From: the human T2T-CHM13v2.0 reference genome, Homo sapiens
NCBI RefSeq assembly: GCF_009914755.1
Contig: NC_060932.1
DNA length: 64,000 bases
Direction: 5' to 3' (one strand)
In this document: positions 41,001 through 54,099 of the stretch, piece by piece
How the letters are laid out: each line of letters opens with the position of its first letter
Numbering within the stretch: position 1 is the stretch's first letter
Position numbers and translations under genes: made by a program
Notes under the pieces: model-generated
What the model was told of the DNA's origin: nothing
Database searches by the model: none
What the model saw: the letters and a program-made list of their open reading frames with translations, nothing else

Positions 41001-41854
41001 TAGATATTTGCTCTCTTTCAGCTAGAGTTATGTTGGGTGAAGGCAGTAAAAATCTTTGATTATTAGGAGATCAAAGAATTGTATTTACTATTCTATGGCT
41101 AAGCATGGCATCTTGTGGCTACCAATGTTCCCTGCCCACCAACTAGCTGAATCAGTTACTACTAGGACAAGTGTTACATACGTAAACACACAGAAGGAAA
41201 TAGACAGCTAATAAAATAAAAATTTAAAGTAAACCAGAAGCACTGTGATGTGGAGATTGCATAGCTTACGTGTGTGTGTGTGCGCGCGTGTTTATCACGT
41301 GAGAAATATTTAAAGGTACTTTTTGATTTGTGTAAAGTTAGAACTCAAGATGCCAGTTATGGTACTTGACGAAGTTGTGTTTAGAAAGACAGACCTGCAC
41401 CAAGAAGCAGCCAAATGGTAATCTTAATTCAGTGTGTACCTACAGAATATGAGGTTGTTATGAAATGACTTGGAAGCAAAGAACTTTCCACCTAGATTGA
41501 CAGAGAGAGAGAGAATAAAGGATGCTCGGGTGTTAATGAGTGTGTTCACTTAGAAATAAATTGTCTTTCTCTTGGAGATCAAAGCCCAGTTAGGGTGAAA
41601 TGAAATGAACTCTTGGCAAATCACTGATCCCATTTCTGTCTTCACCTGTATAACTGTGTATATAGCCAGCATCTGATAACCTTTCCTTTTTGGTTCACCT
41701 GTATTTTGTGCTAATTCTGACCTCGTATTTGAGTATTCTGACTCTGGAACACACCTTAGTAAAAACAAACAAACAAAAAAACACATTCATCTCATTGATA
41801 TGAATTATAATGACTGGCAAAGCTTTGTGGTTTTTTTCTTTCTGTTTTTCCTAT

Positions 41855-42428
41855 TTTTATATTTTTACTGAGGTAAAGCTTACATACACAAACTGCACAA
41901 ATCAAAAAGGACAGATTAATGTTTTTTTTCCCAACTTGAACATGTATGTATAATGAGAACTCAGGTCAAAAAACAGAACATTACCAGCCCCCTCAAAGTA
42001 ACCTGTTTTGCCCACTTTCAGTCACTATCTCACTCCCATACAGGGGAATTACTTTTCTGAGTTCTAACATCAAAGATTACTGTTGAGTTTTTTCTGAATT
42101 TTGTATTTATGAAGTCATAGAGCATGTTATTTTCTTGTGTATGAATTCTTTAACTGAGCATTACGTTTGTAAGATTCACCTGAATTGTAGTAGTTGCAGT
42201 TCATTCATTCTCATTGCTGCATTTTCCATTGTGGAATAAACTACAGTTTATGTATCAAGTCTTCTATTGATGACTATTTAAATAGTTTTCATTTGGTGCT
42301 ATTAAGAGAGTGTTGTCAGAACATTATAGTTCTTTGAACATATGTATATATTTCTGCTGGTTACACATCAAATTGAGCTATTACAATATCAAAGGATAGA
42401 CGTATGCTTAGATTTAGTAGATACTGGA
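41855..42428 (-). mobile_element. L1MC/MD/ME 3' region
   Basis: TTTTTACTGAGGTAAAGCTTACATAC...AGAACATTACCAGCCCC...TTCATTCATTCTCATTGCTG...TTTAGTAGATACTG. Confidence 0.78.
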
Positions 42429-43865
42429 CTGGCAAAGTTTAAGATGTTATTTTCTCTGGCTTATTTACATTTTAAGAAGCATTAACAACTCTTACACCAT
42501 AGGGCTAAATATTCAATTGTGAAATTAAACTACCAAGGAGATATTTTGAGTATCAAGGAAACCTAAACTACCTGGGAACCATGGAAAGCCAGCTTGGCTT
42601 TGCCTAGAGTTAATTTTCATGCTGGCACAGAGGGAGATCATAAAAATATTTTTGCCAGTTTATATTAATGAAAAGTTGTTTCCATTCTGAAAATAATTAT
42701 AAAATTCTTATAAGACTTTAACCAAATTTGTTACAAGTCTAATAGAGCAAACTTTTTTAGATTGTTTGTTTGAAATCTATAATTTTTTTCACTTAAGACT
42801 TAGCTTTTTAAAATTATAGAAGAATATGTCATTTTATATTAGTACTAAAGAAACATTAGAGCTTTAGAATCAAGGTTTCTTTTGAAAGTGATACATATTT
42901 TTAGGAAAAAAATTGAATCAGAAAATTTTCAAAATATTTTATGAGTGTTGTGAGGAAATTCTTCACTCTTGAGACAAATACTACAAAGATAATTGCTAAA
43001 CCTGAGAGCTCATCATTAAGAACGTAGGCTTTTTATTAAGTAAGAGACTACAAATTAAAACAGAAGTAGAATGTGTGTATGTGTGTATTTTTTAGAATAA
43101 GAAAAGGATTTCTCGAGATTAGACACATAGGTATTAATTTGTATGTACTTCTCTTATATGGGAGAGCTCTGTCTCCTGTAAAAGATTATGAGTCCCTTAA
43201 GGATGAAGAATGTCTTAGTCCTCTTTTTAGCCAAGGACCTAGCTTAGTGACAGGCATAAATTAAGACCTAACTGTATATTTGTTAAAGTGAGTCTTTTAG
43301 AGTAGGTTATACATCAAACCCCCTAAGAATACAATCTTTCATAAATGGAACACATAATTATTCTCTGTTTATCAGATGGAATGAGTCTGACTTTTGGTGT
43401 TAGATCTGAATTTGAATCCATCAATTAATGATCATGTAAGTTATTGAGGACTCATGTCTCTTACATAAAATGGGGATAATTCTGTTTTTTACATGAAATA
43501 GGAATTATCTCGTGGGTGGTAAAGATGAATTACCTACCGAAGCTCCTGGCTATCTGAAAATGTAAAAGAGAAAAGGAAACAAGAGAAGAAGGGACAGATT
43601 AGACTATGAGTGCAAGAGAGTAGGACTTCTGGAATTAATTTACCCATACTAATTTGTAGAATTAAATAAGTATCCTCAATGCTCTTTCTCTTCCTTACTC
43701 AGTCAGGTTGTAAATGGTAAACAGCCTAGTAAAATATAAAGAACATGATGGAATTTGGAGTTTGAGAGATTTAGCATTTACTATGTTGATTAAATGTAAG
43801 TAATTGGATTTTTTCTAAGCCTGTTTCTCTTTGTAAAACAAGGATAATAAAGAAGGGCTGTTCAT

Positions 43866-44165
43866 GGCTTGGCATGGTGGCTCACGCCTGTAATCCCAGC
43901 GCTTTGGGAGGCAGAGGTGGGTGGATTACGAGGTCAAGAGATCCAGACCATCCTGGCCAACACAGTGAAACCCCGTCTCTACTAAAAATACAAAAATTAG
44001 CCAGGTGTGGTGGTGCATGTCTGTAGTCCCAGCTACTCAGGAGGCTGAGGCAGGAGCATCGCTTCAACCTGGGAGGCAGAGGTTACAGTGAGCCGAGATC
44101 CCGCCACTGCACTCCAGCCTGGCGACAGAGCCAGACCCTTTCTCAAAAAAAAAAAAAAAAAAAAA
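43866..44165 (+). mobile_element. Alu (AluSc-like), full length
   Basis: GGATTACGAGGTCAAGAGATCCAGACCATCCTGGCC; A-tail of about 21 nt; imperfect TSD AAGGGCTGTTCAT / AAGTGTTGTTCAT. Confidence 0.96.
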
Positions 44166-44737
44166 GTGTTGTTCATATTAAAGAAGACGACGTAAAGTCT
44201 TCAAGTGTCTGTCTCATGATAGATTTAAAAAATAAAACTTTAGTTATTCTCTTTTGTTTTCCCTTTCTCCTTTTGTGTTTACCAGCTAATGACTCAGAGC
44301 TATCCCAAGAAAAAGAAAATGGAAAGAAACCAGAAGGTATTACACTAATTAAATTGATATTCCCCTGGCCCAACCAAATTACAGCATTCTCTGTATTTTA
44401 TCAGTATTTGTCAAGTTAGGAAAAGACAGAAACACTGGATGTGTATGTGTTCTACCACTTTGCTTTCCTCAGTTTTTCAGCAAAGCTTGTCTATTGCTTA
44501 AATAGCAATATTTGGTGAAGGTTATTGAGGACCTTAAGAAGTAATAATTAACTAACCTTTAAATCTGAATTTAAAAAAGAGAATAATTACATAATTAATG
44601 TCAGCCTTCCCTTTCTTCCCAATCAACTCCTCTTCACAAGGTGCTTTGCCCTAGGAAAATAGATGGGAACTTTTCATCAAGAAACTTTCCTAATATTTAA
44701 AAATCCTGACCATGGGCTTTTAATCCTTTCATATTAA

Positions 44738-44740
44738 ACA

Positions 44741-44782
<42 letters not shown>
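44738..44782. repeat. (CA)n microsatellite with one TA interruption
   Basis: Read directly. Confidence 0.97.
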
Positions 44783-44785
<3 letters not shown>

Positions 44786-45154
44786 CAACAACGATTGATA
44801 TAACTTTTACCAGCCTTTCTCTAACCACTACTTTTCTTTCATGCTATAAACTTGAGATTCACTTGCATATTTTGCCCATGAATATCAGAGATCCAAACAT
44901 AGGACACAAATATTCTTTTCTCTAATCATAACAGCACCTTCCTTTTTTTGCGTGTGGGCATTAAAAATGTTTTTCTAACCATGTGGATAGGATAGGAATG
45001 GCCATCTTCTCAGAGATCCCACCTCCCTGGCCATAGCAACAGCCCAGCAATGGCTGTTGACCAGAGCCAGAGCAGTTAGAGCTCTTGGGATTGTGGCAAA
45101 AGCATGCAGGACTCAGTCCCTTTAAGGTAAACTCGGGAAACTTCAGTTGGGAAC

Positions 45155-45272
45155 CTCCCCACTTTTCTCTCTCTCTCCCTCCCTTTTCCTCTTTCCTTTC
45201 TTTCCCTCTCTCTCTCTTTTTCCTTTCCTTTCCCTTCCATTCCTTTCCTTTCTCTCTCATTTTTTTCCCTTT
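45155..45272. repeat. Polypyrimidine (CT/CTTT) tract
   Basis: About 115 nt almost entirely C/T. Confidence 0.9.
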
Positions 45273-45858
45273 TAAAAAAATATATATTGCAGTATAATTG
45301 AAGTACACTAAACTGCACATACTTAAAGTGTATAATTTGATCTGACATATCTATTCACCTGGAAAATCATCACTGCAATGAGGAAGCTAAATATTTTTTG
45401 CTCTCCTTTTTGAAAGCGTCTAAAATTGGAGAACATTTTTGCTCATGCACCCAGTTGTCCCTAACACCTGTATAGGGTGTGAGTGTGTGATTTGATTTGT
45501 GCATCTTTTGATCAGATGAGCCAATAAATCTATATGCCTAAGGTGGTGCAAGTTGGGTTACCAGCATTTGCTACTGAGAGTCATGAATAAATGTCCTGAT
45601 TACTAGCACATTGAGGAAGTTATTTTGCAGTCATTTTATTAGCAAAACTAAAATTAATTTTCAAACTTTTATTCATGCTAGGTAAAATGTGCAATAAAAT
45701 TAATCCAAACTGCTCATGAATGTTTGAGGAATTCAAAGCAATTTAGAAGTCATTTGCTGTTTTACTTTTCATATTGAAAAAACTCAGAAAGTAACTTAAA
45801 AGATTTAATTCATGTTTCACTTTTCTGTTTCTCATAAGCCCTAGTAAACTATGCCATC

Positions 45859-46117
45859 TTTTTAATTTTTTGAGACAGGGTTCAACTCTGTCACCCAGGC
45901 TAAAGTAGAGTGGTGCTGTCATTACTCACTGCAGCCTCAGCTAATTGGGCTCAAGTGATCCTCCCAACTCAGCATCCTTAGTAGTTGGGGCTACAGGAGC
46001 ACACCACTATGCCCGGCTAATTTTTAAAAATTTTTGTAGAAATGACATCTCCCTATGTTGTCAAGGCCGGTCTTGAACTCCTAAGCCCAAGCAGTCCTCC
46101 TAACTTGGCCTCCCAAA
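45859..46117 (-). mobile_element. AluJ, 5'-truncated
   Basis: TTTTGAGACAGGG...CACTGCAGCCTC...GGGCTCAAGTGATCCTCCC...TTGGCCTCCCAAA. Confidence 0.92.
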
Positions 46118-46454
46118 TAAATATTCCTGCTATAAGATGTGATATGACAAATCTTTTGGTGGTCATTGGACCTCTGACAAATAAAAGCCTCTGACTAGAT
46201 CATTCGTACTAAGAAGAAAGGCTATGGGAAGTTAGAGAGAGTCAATTGCTTCTTCTACCAAACTCCATATTTTAAAAAGATAGTCATCTTGCTTTGTGTG
46301 AAAACCAATTTAGAGGAAATAAAATGAGAGGAAAACTTTGTCAGAAAGACTCTTTCAGAAAAGTATATGTCTCTATCTCACCTTAATCTTTGATAAGTCT
46401 AAATTTGCTAAAACATCTGTAATTCGGTTTTTGGATCTAAAAATTATAATAAAT

Positions 46455-46900
<446 letters not shown>

Positions 46901-47366
46901 TTAAAAATCACCTTGGCTGTTTAGATTTAATTCAATTTATGTCTAAAAGTAACAATATTTGTACTCTTCATTTTCTAGCATGATTGTGGATTTCACTTGC
47001 AAAAGTACATTCTTGTTGAAGTAATAATATAATCTATAAATAGAATAAGAAATTGAATTCAGAATAATTGAAATTGAAATTGAATTGAAATTCTTATATA
47101 AAACTTAAAATGTGAAAACAACTAAGATAGATCCAGTTAACTTTGCTCATTTGTTAGTCAACCATTAAGCCCTACTCAGTCTCTAGGAACAGTTGGAAAA
47201 GCCCTACCTCAGATTTTCTTCCCTGGGATATACAAATTCATTTTAGCTAAGAAACTAAGCAAAAAATAAATAGAAGAGGAAGACAATACATTACATTTCT
47301 CATGGTCACAATTTCATAGTTCTTACCAAGTGGAAGAAGGCTCAGTGCCTGTCCATTAGTTAGTTT

Positions 47367-47618
47367 GCTCGTTTGTCGCCCAGGCTGGAGTGCAGTGTGG
47401 CTGTCATGGCTCACTGCATCCTTGACCTCCCAAGCTCCAGGAATCCTCTCATCTCAGCCTCCCAAGTAGCTCGGACTACAGGCACACACCACCACAACTG
47501 GCTAATTTTTCTATTTTGGGTAGAAATTAGGTCTCAGTATATTCCCCAGGCTGGTCTTGAAGAACTCCTGGGCTCAAGCGATCCCCTTGCCTTGGCCTCC
47601 TAAAGTGCTGGGATTACA
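47367..47618 (-). mobile_element. AluJ lacking poly(A) tail and 5' end, flanked by CATTAGTT repeats
   Basis: TGTCGCCCAGGCTGGAGTGCAGTG...CTCCTGGGCTCAAGCGATCC...GTGCTGGGATTACA. Confidence 0.92.
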
Positions 47619-49364
47619 CATTAGTTGTTTTAATAGTTCTTTATGTATGCCTCTGTTTTTATATTGATCAGAGTCTATGGCGTACAAAGAAAGATACGTG
47701 TCATTTTCAAAATGGTTTGCAAATTTAGAAACATTTATAATGATATGATTTCCCCCGCGTAAGTGTAGAAATCTTGAGCAAACTGGTATGTGTTAGAATT
47801 TTGGTGAGATCACAACAGGAATGGCACCCCACAGCAAGAATAGCATTCTATGTTTCACTCAGAAGACACTCAAAATGGACTAGAAATGACATTTAGCACA
47901 GAAGTACATGGTACACGCAAGTCAACTCTATTTTTCAGGTTTATGTGCGGTTCTTCCAAATTCCTCTAGCTCTACCTCCATCCTTAGCAGGCTACATGTC
48001 TCCTTCAGTAGGTGGATCACATTTTGTTAATTTTTGCAACCAGGGTGCTATGTACAATGTAAATGGTTGGTTTTTAAAATAGATGAGAACACCTTTATTG
48101 AGACTCTCTTGGGCCCAGTTAGAGAATATCCTGATATATACTGGGTAGGGGTGGAGGTATGGAGATGGAGGTAGGTGGTTCTGGTTGTGTTTGTCTTCAC
48201 ATTAATTCACATAAGTTATTTCATATTAATTCATATTAGTTATATTTGGGGCCTGGAGTCTTTAATAACAATTTTTATCTGAAGTCTTTTCTAGGACACA
48301 TCATTTTAAGGGAAGATGGGAGAGATATGAAGAAGCAGCTGTGGAGATGCAACGCTGGACATGAAATGGGTGTGGAAGACAACGGAAAGCCAGTTGGTCA
48401 AGACCCTTGGGAAGAAAAGAATCTTTAAAAGGTCTCTGTTAGCGTGGGACTAAATTGTAATCAGACATTGTGAATAAGATGAAATACTAAAGAAAGAAAG
48501 AAAGAAAAATATAGGGCACATACAGAACTGATCAAGAAGGGATTATCAAGAGACAATTACTCAACTACCCATTTGCAAGTGAGCATATTCTCACCCAACA
48601 CTGTTTTCAGTTATGATTGAATGGAAGCTCTAATTGAATAGTTCTTTGTGGTGTTCAAAGTCCAAGACAGCAAGTTGTTCTTTTGTATGGGTTCATAAGT
48701 TTTCCCAGAATGAACTGTAAAACACTCATGATTTCCCTGAACTGTGGCAAAGTGACTTACCCAGTTTCTGGCAAATTTATTAAGCAATACAGACTCCCTG
48801 CTTAATCCATTGGTTTAAACAATATTCAGTTAACACAAATTAGTGAATAAGCAGAGACATAGGTCAGCTGATCGAAGAAAGATGTAAAAGTAAATTAAAA
48901 TAAAATTTATTTGAAAACAGCAATGGGTCAGAGCTAAAGCCCAGTACAAGTTAGAACAAATAAAAACCCATTAATCTGAAAAACCTTCTTGGGTTTACAA
49001 GAAGGCTTTTCTGATCTCAGGCTGTATTTATCCTCTAGATGGAAAAAAAAGAGGAGCAATAAATCTCTTCATATCAAAGGCCTGTTCAGCAGAAATGAAT
49101 TGAAAGTGTTGGGTCAATTAGACTGAACTAGATCTCCCCCAGGCAAACCTACTATCGATACATATTTAGCTTCCAGACACCTTTAAAGGCAGCCTGGGAA
49201 AGGCTGGCTAGCAAAGAAAAAAAAAGATAATTCTAAAATTTGAGTTCCCTTTGAACTCCATCCACTACAGCAATAAAAAGAGCTGTTTCTGCTCTATTGC
49301 ATTTTGTTGAAACAAAAAAAAAATAGACTGGAGAAATGAATAAGCTCGGCATATTATGTAGATA

Positions 49365-49550
49365 AAATGGTATTATGGCAAGAGAATGAAGAACAAAGAG
49401 CTAAGAACCAGATTCCTGTCGCAGCTCTGCTCTCATAGCTGTGTGACTTCTGGTCAGTCCTTAGACTTTGAAATCTATAGGCTACATGTCTGGAAATAAG
49501 AGGATAACAGATTATTCTTAAGTTTCTCTGTGATTCAAAAATATCTATGA
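49365..49550 (+). mobile_element. MIR SINE
   Basis: CAGCTCTGCTCTCATAGCTGTGTGACTTCTGGTCAGTC. Confidence 0.6.
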
Positions 49551-50369
49551 ATCTAAAGGAAGGAAGACAGTTATGTGGATTGGTTATTGGAAAAGAATCT
49601 AAAGTAATTGTTTCATGTATGCATAAAAGGGAAGATCCAGCTATAAATTGTCAAGATATCTTCAAAAACACCTTTTATTATTGAAAGCTACAAAGAGGAC
49701 AAATAGTCAAATAAATTTTTGTAGGAACACTCATAAATAATATTTACTAGTATCTAGTGAGCATTTACTATTTGAATTACTTTTGTAGAAAGTCTTATTT
49801 AGTCCAATACAATCCTTTGAGATAGATGCCGTTTTATATAAATTTTATACATAAGTCAACTGAGATACCATTATAGACTCAGAATGTTCTAAGAGGCAAA
49901 CCAGGATTTAGTCTCGTACTGTTCAAACTCTACTAATCACTGTGTAATTATAAGCACTCTTCTAGATCACCATTTGTAGATGGCATAGTAAAGTAAAGAC
50001 ATCTTCAGCTTGTGCTTCAAGCCAGAACATACACTGTCACATTTAAAACTCCAGTGTCTCTGTGATGGGCTTATTTGTATTATTCCTCTTCCTTTGGTCT
50101 AAGTGAAAATACTTTTTCTTAATTTCCTGAGACAATCTGAGAAAATGAATCTAGTGAAAATGCTAGAGTAACTCATTGGATTTGAGCGCTCCAACCATTG
50201 AAATACTATGGTATCAACTGGACTAAGAATCAGAGGACCTCTATTCAAGGCCTTTCTTTACTAATTGTGAGTGGGACCTCGAGCAAATTTCTCACCACTC
50301 TAAACATCAGTTTCCCAACTATAAAACAGAACTTTTCTCGCTAATATTACAATGTTAAAGAGGTAAAAT

Positions 50370-51330
50370 AGAAAAAAGAAGGACTTTGGATCTAGAGGAG
50401 CCTAGATGGGAATTTTGTGAGGAGTCATGTGACCTTGTACAAATTACTCAAACGTTTCTGAGTCTCATGTTCTTTGTCTGAGTAATGGTGATGATAATAG
50501 TGATATGGACAGTAGGCAGCGAAATACTGGGCAGAAGAGAGCAGTGCCCCAGCAAAGGCCCCACCCTCAAGCCTGGAAACCCGCAGCCCTAAATGGGAAC
50601 AAGCATTCCTGTTTTCATGCCCAAATGTTGTCTTTTGGCCCACCATGTCCCCCACTATCTTGTACCCATATAAACTCCAAACCTCAGGCTCCACGAGCAG
50701 AGGAACAGCAGAGCGGCAGAGCAGCAGGGCAGCACAGCAGTGCAGCAGAGAAGGAGAGAAAAGGAGTATATGAACGTTAGGAGGAGTTCGGCTGGGGATG
50801 GTCAGAGAGGAGACTGGCCACAGGATGGCCGAACTCCAGGGGAAGATCATCTTCCCACTAAATCCCCTTTCCAGCTCCCCATCCATCCCACTGAGAGCCA
50901 CCTCCACCACTCAATAAAATCCCTGCATTCACCATCCTTTAATTCCGAGTGACCTGATTCTTCCTGGGTACTGAAAAAGGGGCCAGGTACCAAGAAGGCA
51001 GGGTGTAAAAGACTGTGACCCTGACTCTCCACTGAGCTTGTTTAACACTTAGCCACCCACGGACAGCAACTGCTAAAAGAGTATTAATTGTAACACACCT
51101 CTAGATGCTTCCGTGGGGCCAGAGCCCAAAAGCACTTGCCCTGGCTCCTGCACCTGCCCATCTGTGTGCTTCCCCTCTTGTAAGGGATTTGAGCACCCAG
51201 CAGCCAAATAAACAAGCCACACCCCTATGAGGGGGTCAGGGAACTCACCCATTTAAATAGTAACAACTTCACAAGGCTAAAGTATAGATTAAATTAGAGA
51301 ACTTTCCTCAAATGTAGTAGTTTAACCCAC
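50370..51330 (+). mobile_element. MIR split by an LTR1-type insertion
   Basis: TGTGACCTTGTACAAATTACTCAA...CTGAGTCTCA before the LTR; resumes ATAGTAACAACTTCACAAGG...GATTAAATTAGA after it. Confidence 0.6.
50501..51256 (+). mobile_element. ERV1 solo LTR, LTR1 family, with 4-bp TSD ATAG
   Basis: Starts TGATATGGACAGTAGGCAGCGAAATACTGGGCAGAAGAG...AAAGGCCCCACCCTCAAGCCTGG; TATAAA near 50669; AATAAA near 50913; ends GGGGTCAGGGAACTCACCCATTTAA; ATAG at 50497-50500 and 51257-51260. Confidence 0.88.
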
Positions 51331-52144
51331 AATAATGGAAAACAAATAACTAGAAGAGACTCTGAACATTGGTGAACCATTCTGTTTTAAATATAATGTA
51401 TACCCACAAATTGTCTTTTGGGCATGTATGTTTTCTTGTATATTTGTTCGTTTATCTCCAGCAATAGAGATGAATTTGTGCTGAGACACTAATTTTCTTT
51501 CTCCTTACCTTCTTTTCTCTTCTCCTTTTCTTTTGTGTGGCAAAAATAATGCATTATTTTAAAAAATACTGCTGGCAAGTGTCCTTCCCAGTCCACATGG
51601 GGGCTAACCCCTCCTCAACCTTACTAAAAGGGTGGGCTCCAAAAACTAATTAGTCGTGTACAGTAAAAATAAGAAAATTACACTATTTAAATTGACGGTT
51701 TGTTTAAAAATGTTTTGCAAATTCACGTTTTGTTAAAATGTCTAACTATATATGTAATTTACATAACCTATGGAATCAAGAAAAGAATATCCCTTTCAGA
51801 TATGTTAAATGGAATGAACAAATATGTACATCGCTATTATATGTGCCACATTCTCTTTCACCCAGATGCCATCTATAAAAAGCTCAGAAATGAACGGTAA
51901 TTTAAACTATAAATCTATATTTAACACACTATAAATGAGTAGACTAGTGTGTATAATATTTTGCTTCTATCCCCCTTTGAATTAATCTAGTTCTTACTCT
52001 ATATAAATATCTACTTGTTGTGTTCTTTTCATTTCATCAGGTGAGAAAGACTGAAAATGAAAGGCCCTTAAATGAGAAAGGTAATATGGAAAATAAAATG
52101 GATATCTCAGCCCTGTCATTCAAGTATCCCTAGTGCAAACATGT

Positions 52145-52268
52145 AATTTTGTAATTTATTGTCCAAAGAGGATACTTTTGAAATGGAAAGGGGCACTATA
52201 AATAATTGTACCAGGAAAATAGGAGGAAACCAGTGTTTCTCAAATAAATTGAGATATATGGTTGACAG
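52145..52268 (+). mobile_element. MER81-like hAT-Blackjack MITE
   Basis: TAATTTATTGTCCAAAGAGGATACTTTTGAAATGGAAAGGGGCACTATAAATAATT. Confidence 0.65.
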
Positions 52269-52289
52269 GTCACTTAAGTTGTGTCATTT

Positions 52290-53340
52290 TAACTTCCAAA
52301 ACACTTTCTGCCTGTTCAAAATAAATCCAAAAGGTACCCTGCCTCCCAGCCCCTTTGACAGTCTCTGCTGCTCCACCATCAAGTGACTTTTCCCCCTGGA
52401 TTGCTACAATAGCCTCACAGGAGCCTCTTAGCTTCCACCCTGGCCCTCCCCACTTCTCCAACTCTCCAGTCAATTTTCTGTATAGCAACAAAAGATATAC
52501 TTTTACAGCAGTGGTTCTCAACTGGAAGAGGTTTTGTCCCCTGTCTTGTGACACATGGCAATGCCTGGAGATAATATTGATTGTCACACCTAGGAGGCTG
52601 CTACCAGCATCTAGCAGGGAGAGGCCAGGGATGCGGCAAAACATCCTACACTGCCATGTGACAGCGCCCATAACAAAAAAGTACCTAATCCCACCTGTGG
52701 AGAGTGCTACTGTTGAACAAGTGTCTGAAAGTATAAATCATATACCACATTATGCTTCGGGTTGAATCTCTCTAATATATGTAAAATAAAACCCAGTCAC
52801 TTCACCATATATGAGCCCGTCCTGTCCTCTAAATTCACTCTTGTTCACTCTCGGTCTCCCTGACTCTTAACTCCCTCCAGTCTCATTCCTCACTGTAAGC
52901 AAGAAGGTCTTTTCTCAAGTCTGTCTGGATCTTGACCAGGGCCTCTGCCTGGAGTGCTCTTTTTGCCTGGCTGGCTTCATCCCATCCTTCAGGTTTCCGC
53001 TCCATGGCCATGGCCTCAGGAAGATCTCCCTGACTATCATGAGCTGGAGGAACATTGATTGTCTCCCTGCATTCCTCCAGCACTTTGTTATGTCCCACCT
53101 CATTTCCTTTAGTTTATTCTCTTCAGAGCACTTTTCCAACTGAAATTATTTCATTTATGTATTTGTTTCCCCATTTTTTTTTTTAAATCCATTTCTCCTG
53201 AAAGAACAGGGCCTTCCTTGTCTGATTTCTTTTTTCTTTTTTTCTTTTTTTTTTTCTTTCTATTGTTGCTGAATCCCCAATGCCTGGAACAGAACAGTGC
53301 TTGGAAAAGAGCAGCCAAGCAAAAAATCTTTGTCACTGGA
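52290..53340 (+). mobile_element. L2 LINE 3' region
   Basis: CCTGGATTGCTACAATAGCCTC...CCTCTGCCTGGAGTGCTCT...CCTCAGGAAGATCTCCCTGAC...TGCTGAATCCCCAATGCCTGGAACAG. Confidence 0.75.
52509..52727 (+). mobile_element. MER20 (hAT-Charlie) inside L2
   Basis: CAGTGGTTCTCAACTGG...TGGCAATGCCTGGAGA...GAGGCCAGGGATGCGGCAAAACATCCTACA. Confidence 0.88.
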
Positions 53341-53742
53341 AAGTTTCTATGGTACATCACCCTGATACAGTTAAAAAAAAAAAAAGACACTGGTAATCAG
53401 AGATAAGTTCAAATAGGAATTTAGATTCCCAATTGCAGTTTTAATGCTTAATGATAGCAATAATAAAATTAATGACAGCAACTATCATTTACCAAGGGTG
53501 TACCATGAGCTGGGATAAACTCTTTTCATTTATTTCCTCAGTGAGTCCTTTCAACAGCCCAGCTCGTCATCTCTATCCAGCCACCCTCAGTGTGGCCTTT
53601 CCTTGCCTTGCCATGCCAGCTATAGTCTCCGGGCCTGTGTACATGCTGCACTCTCCCCCAGACCACTGTCTCCCTCTTCACCTTCCCATTGCTATGCAAA
53701 GCTCATATGTGACCACCTATGAGAAATTGGATTTGGAGTCTA

Positions 53743-54099
53743 CCTTAGTCCCTCTGGGCTGCTGTAACAAACATACCTTATACAGGGTAGCTTATAAACA
53801 ACAGAAATTTATTTCTCATCGTTCTGGAGGCTGGAAGTCCAAAGTGGAGGCACTGGTAGATTTGGTGTCTGGTGAGAGCTCATTTCTCACAGATAGGATC
53901 TCTTGCTGTGTCCTCATGTGGGGAAAGGGACAAACAAGCTCACTTAGGCCCCCTTTATAAGGACTCTAATCCCATTCATGAGGGCTCTTTCCCCATGACC
54001 TAATCATTTCCCTCAAAAGCCCATCTTGAATATCATCAACTTGAGTTTAGGATTTCAACATATGAATTTCAAGGGGATATGAAGTTTTAGACCATAGCA
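53743..54099 (-). mobile_element. MLT1A-like MaLR LTR
   Basis: CTTAGTCCCTCTGGGCTGCTGTAACAAA...TTTATTTCTCATCGTTCTGGAGGCTGGAAGTCCAA...AATCCCATTCATGAGGGC...AGACCATAGCA. Confidence 0.88.

Noticed and set aside
44961-45348. Lys/Glu/Arg-rich ORFs
   Set aside because: They are translations of the CT-rich low-complexity tract
48974-49015. Imperfect hairpin (CCTTCTTG/CAAGAAGG) as a pre-miRNA or terminator
   Set aside because: The stem is too short and mismatched for a pre-miRNA, and bacterial terminators are irrelevant here
50425-50910. 161-aa minus-strand ORF
   Set aside because: It is the antisense reading of the LTR1 solo LTR plus MIR, with no domain resemblance
52270-52765. Overlapping 133-aa and 136-aa ORFs
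   Set aside because: They lie entirely within L2 and MER20
53451-53960. 169-aa ORF, the longest in the window, as a gene
   Set aside because: It runs across MIR-like, L2-like and antisense MLT1A sequence; the C-terminal YKQQKFISHRSGGWKSK is typical translated MaLR LTR
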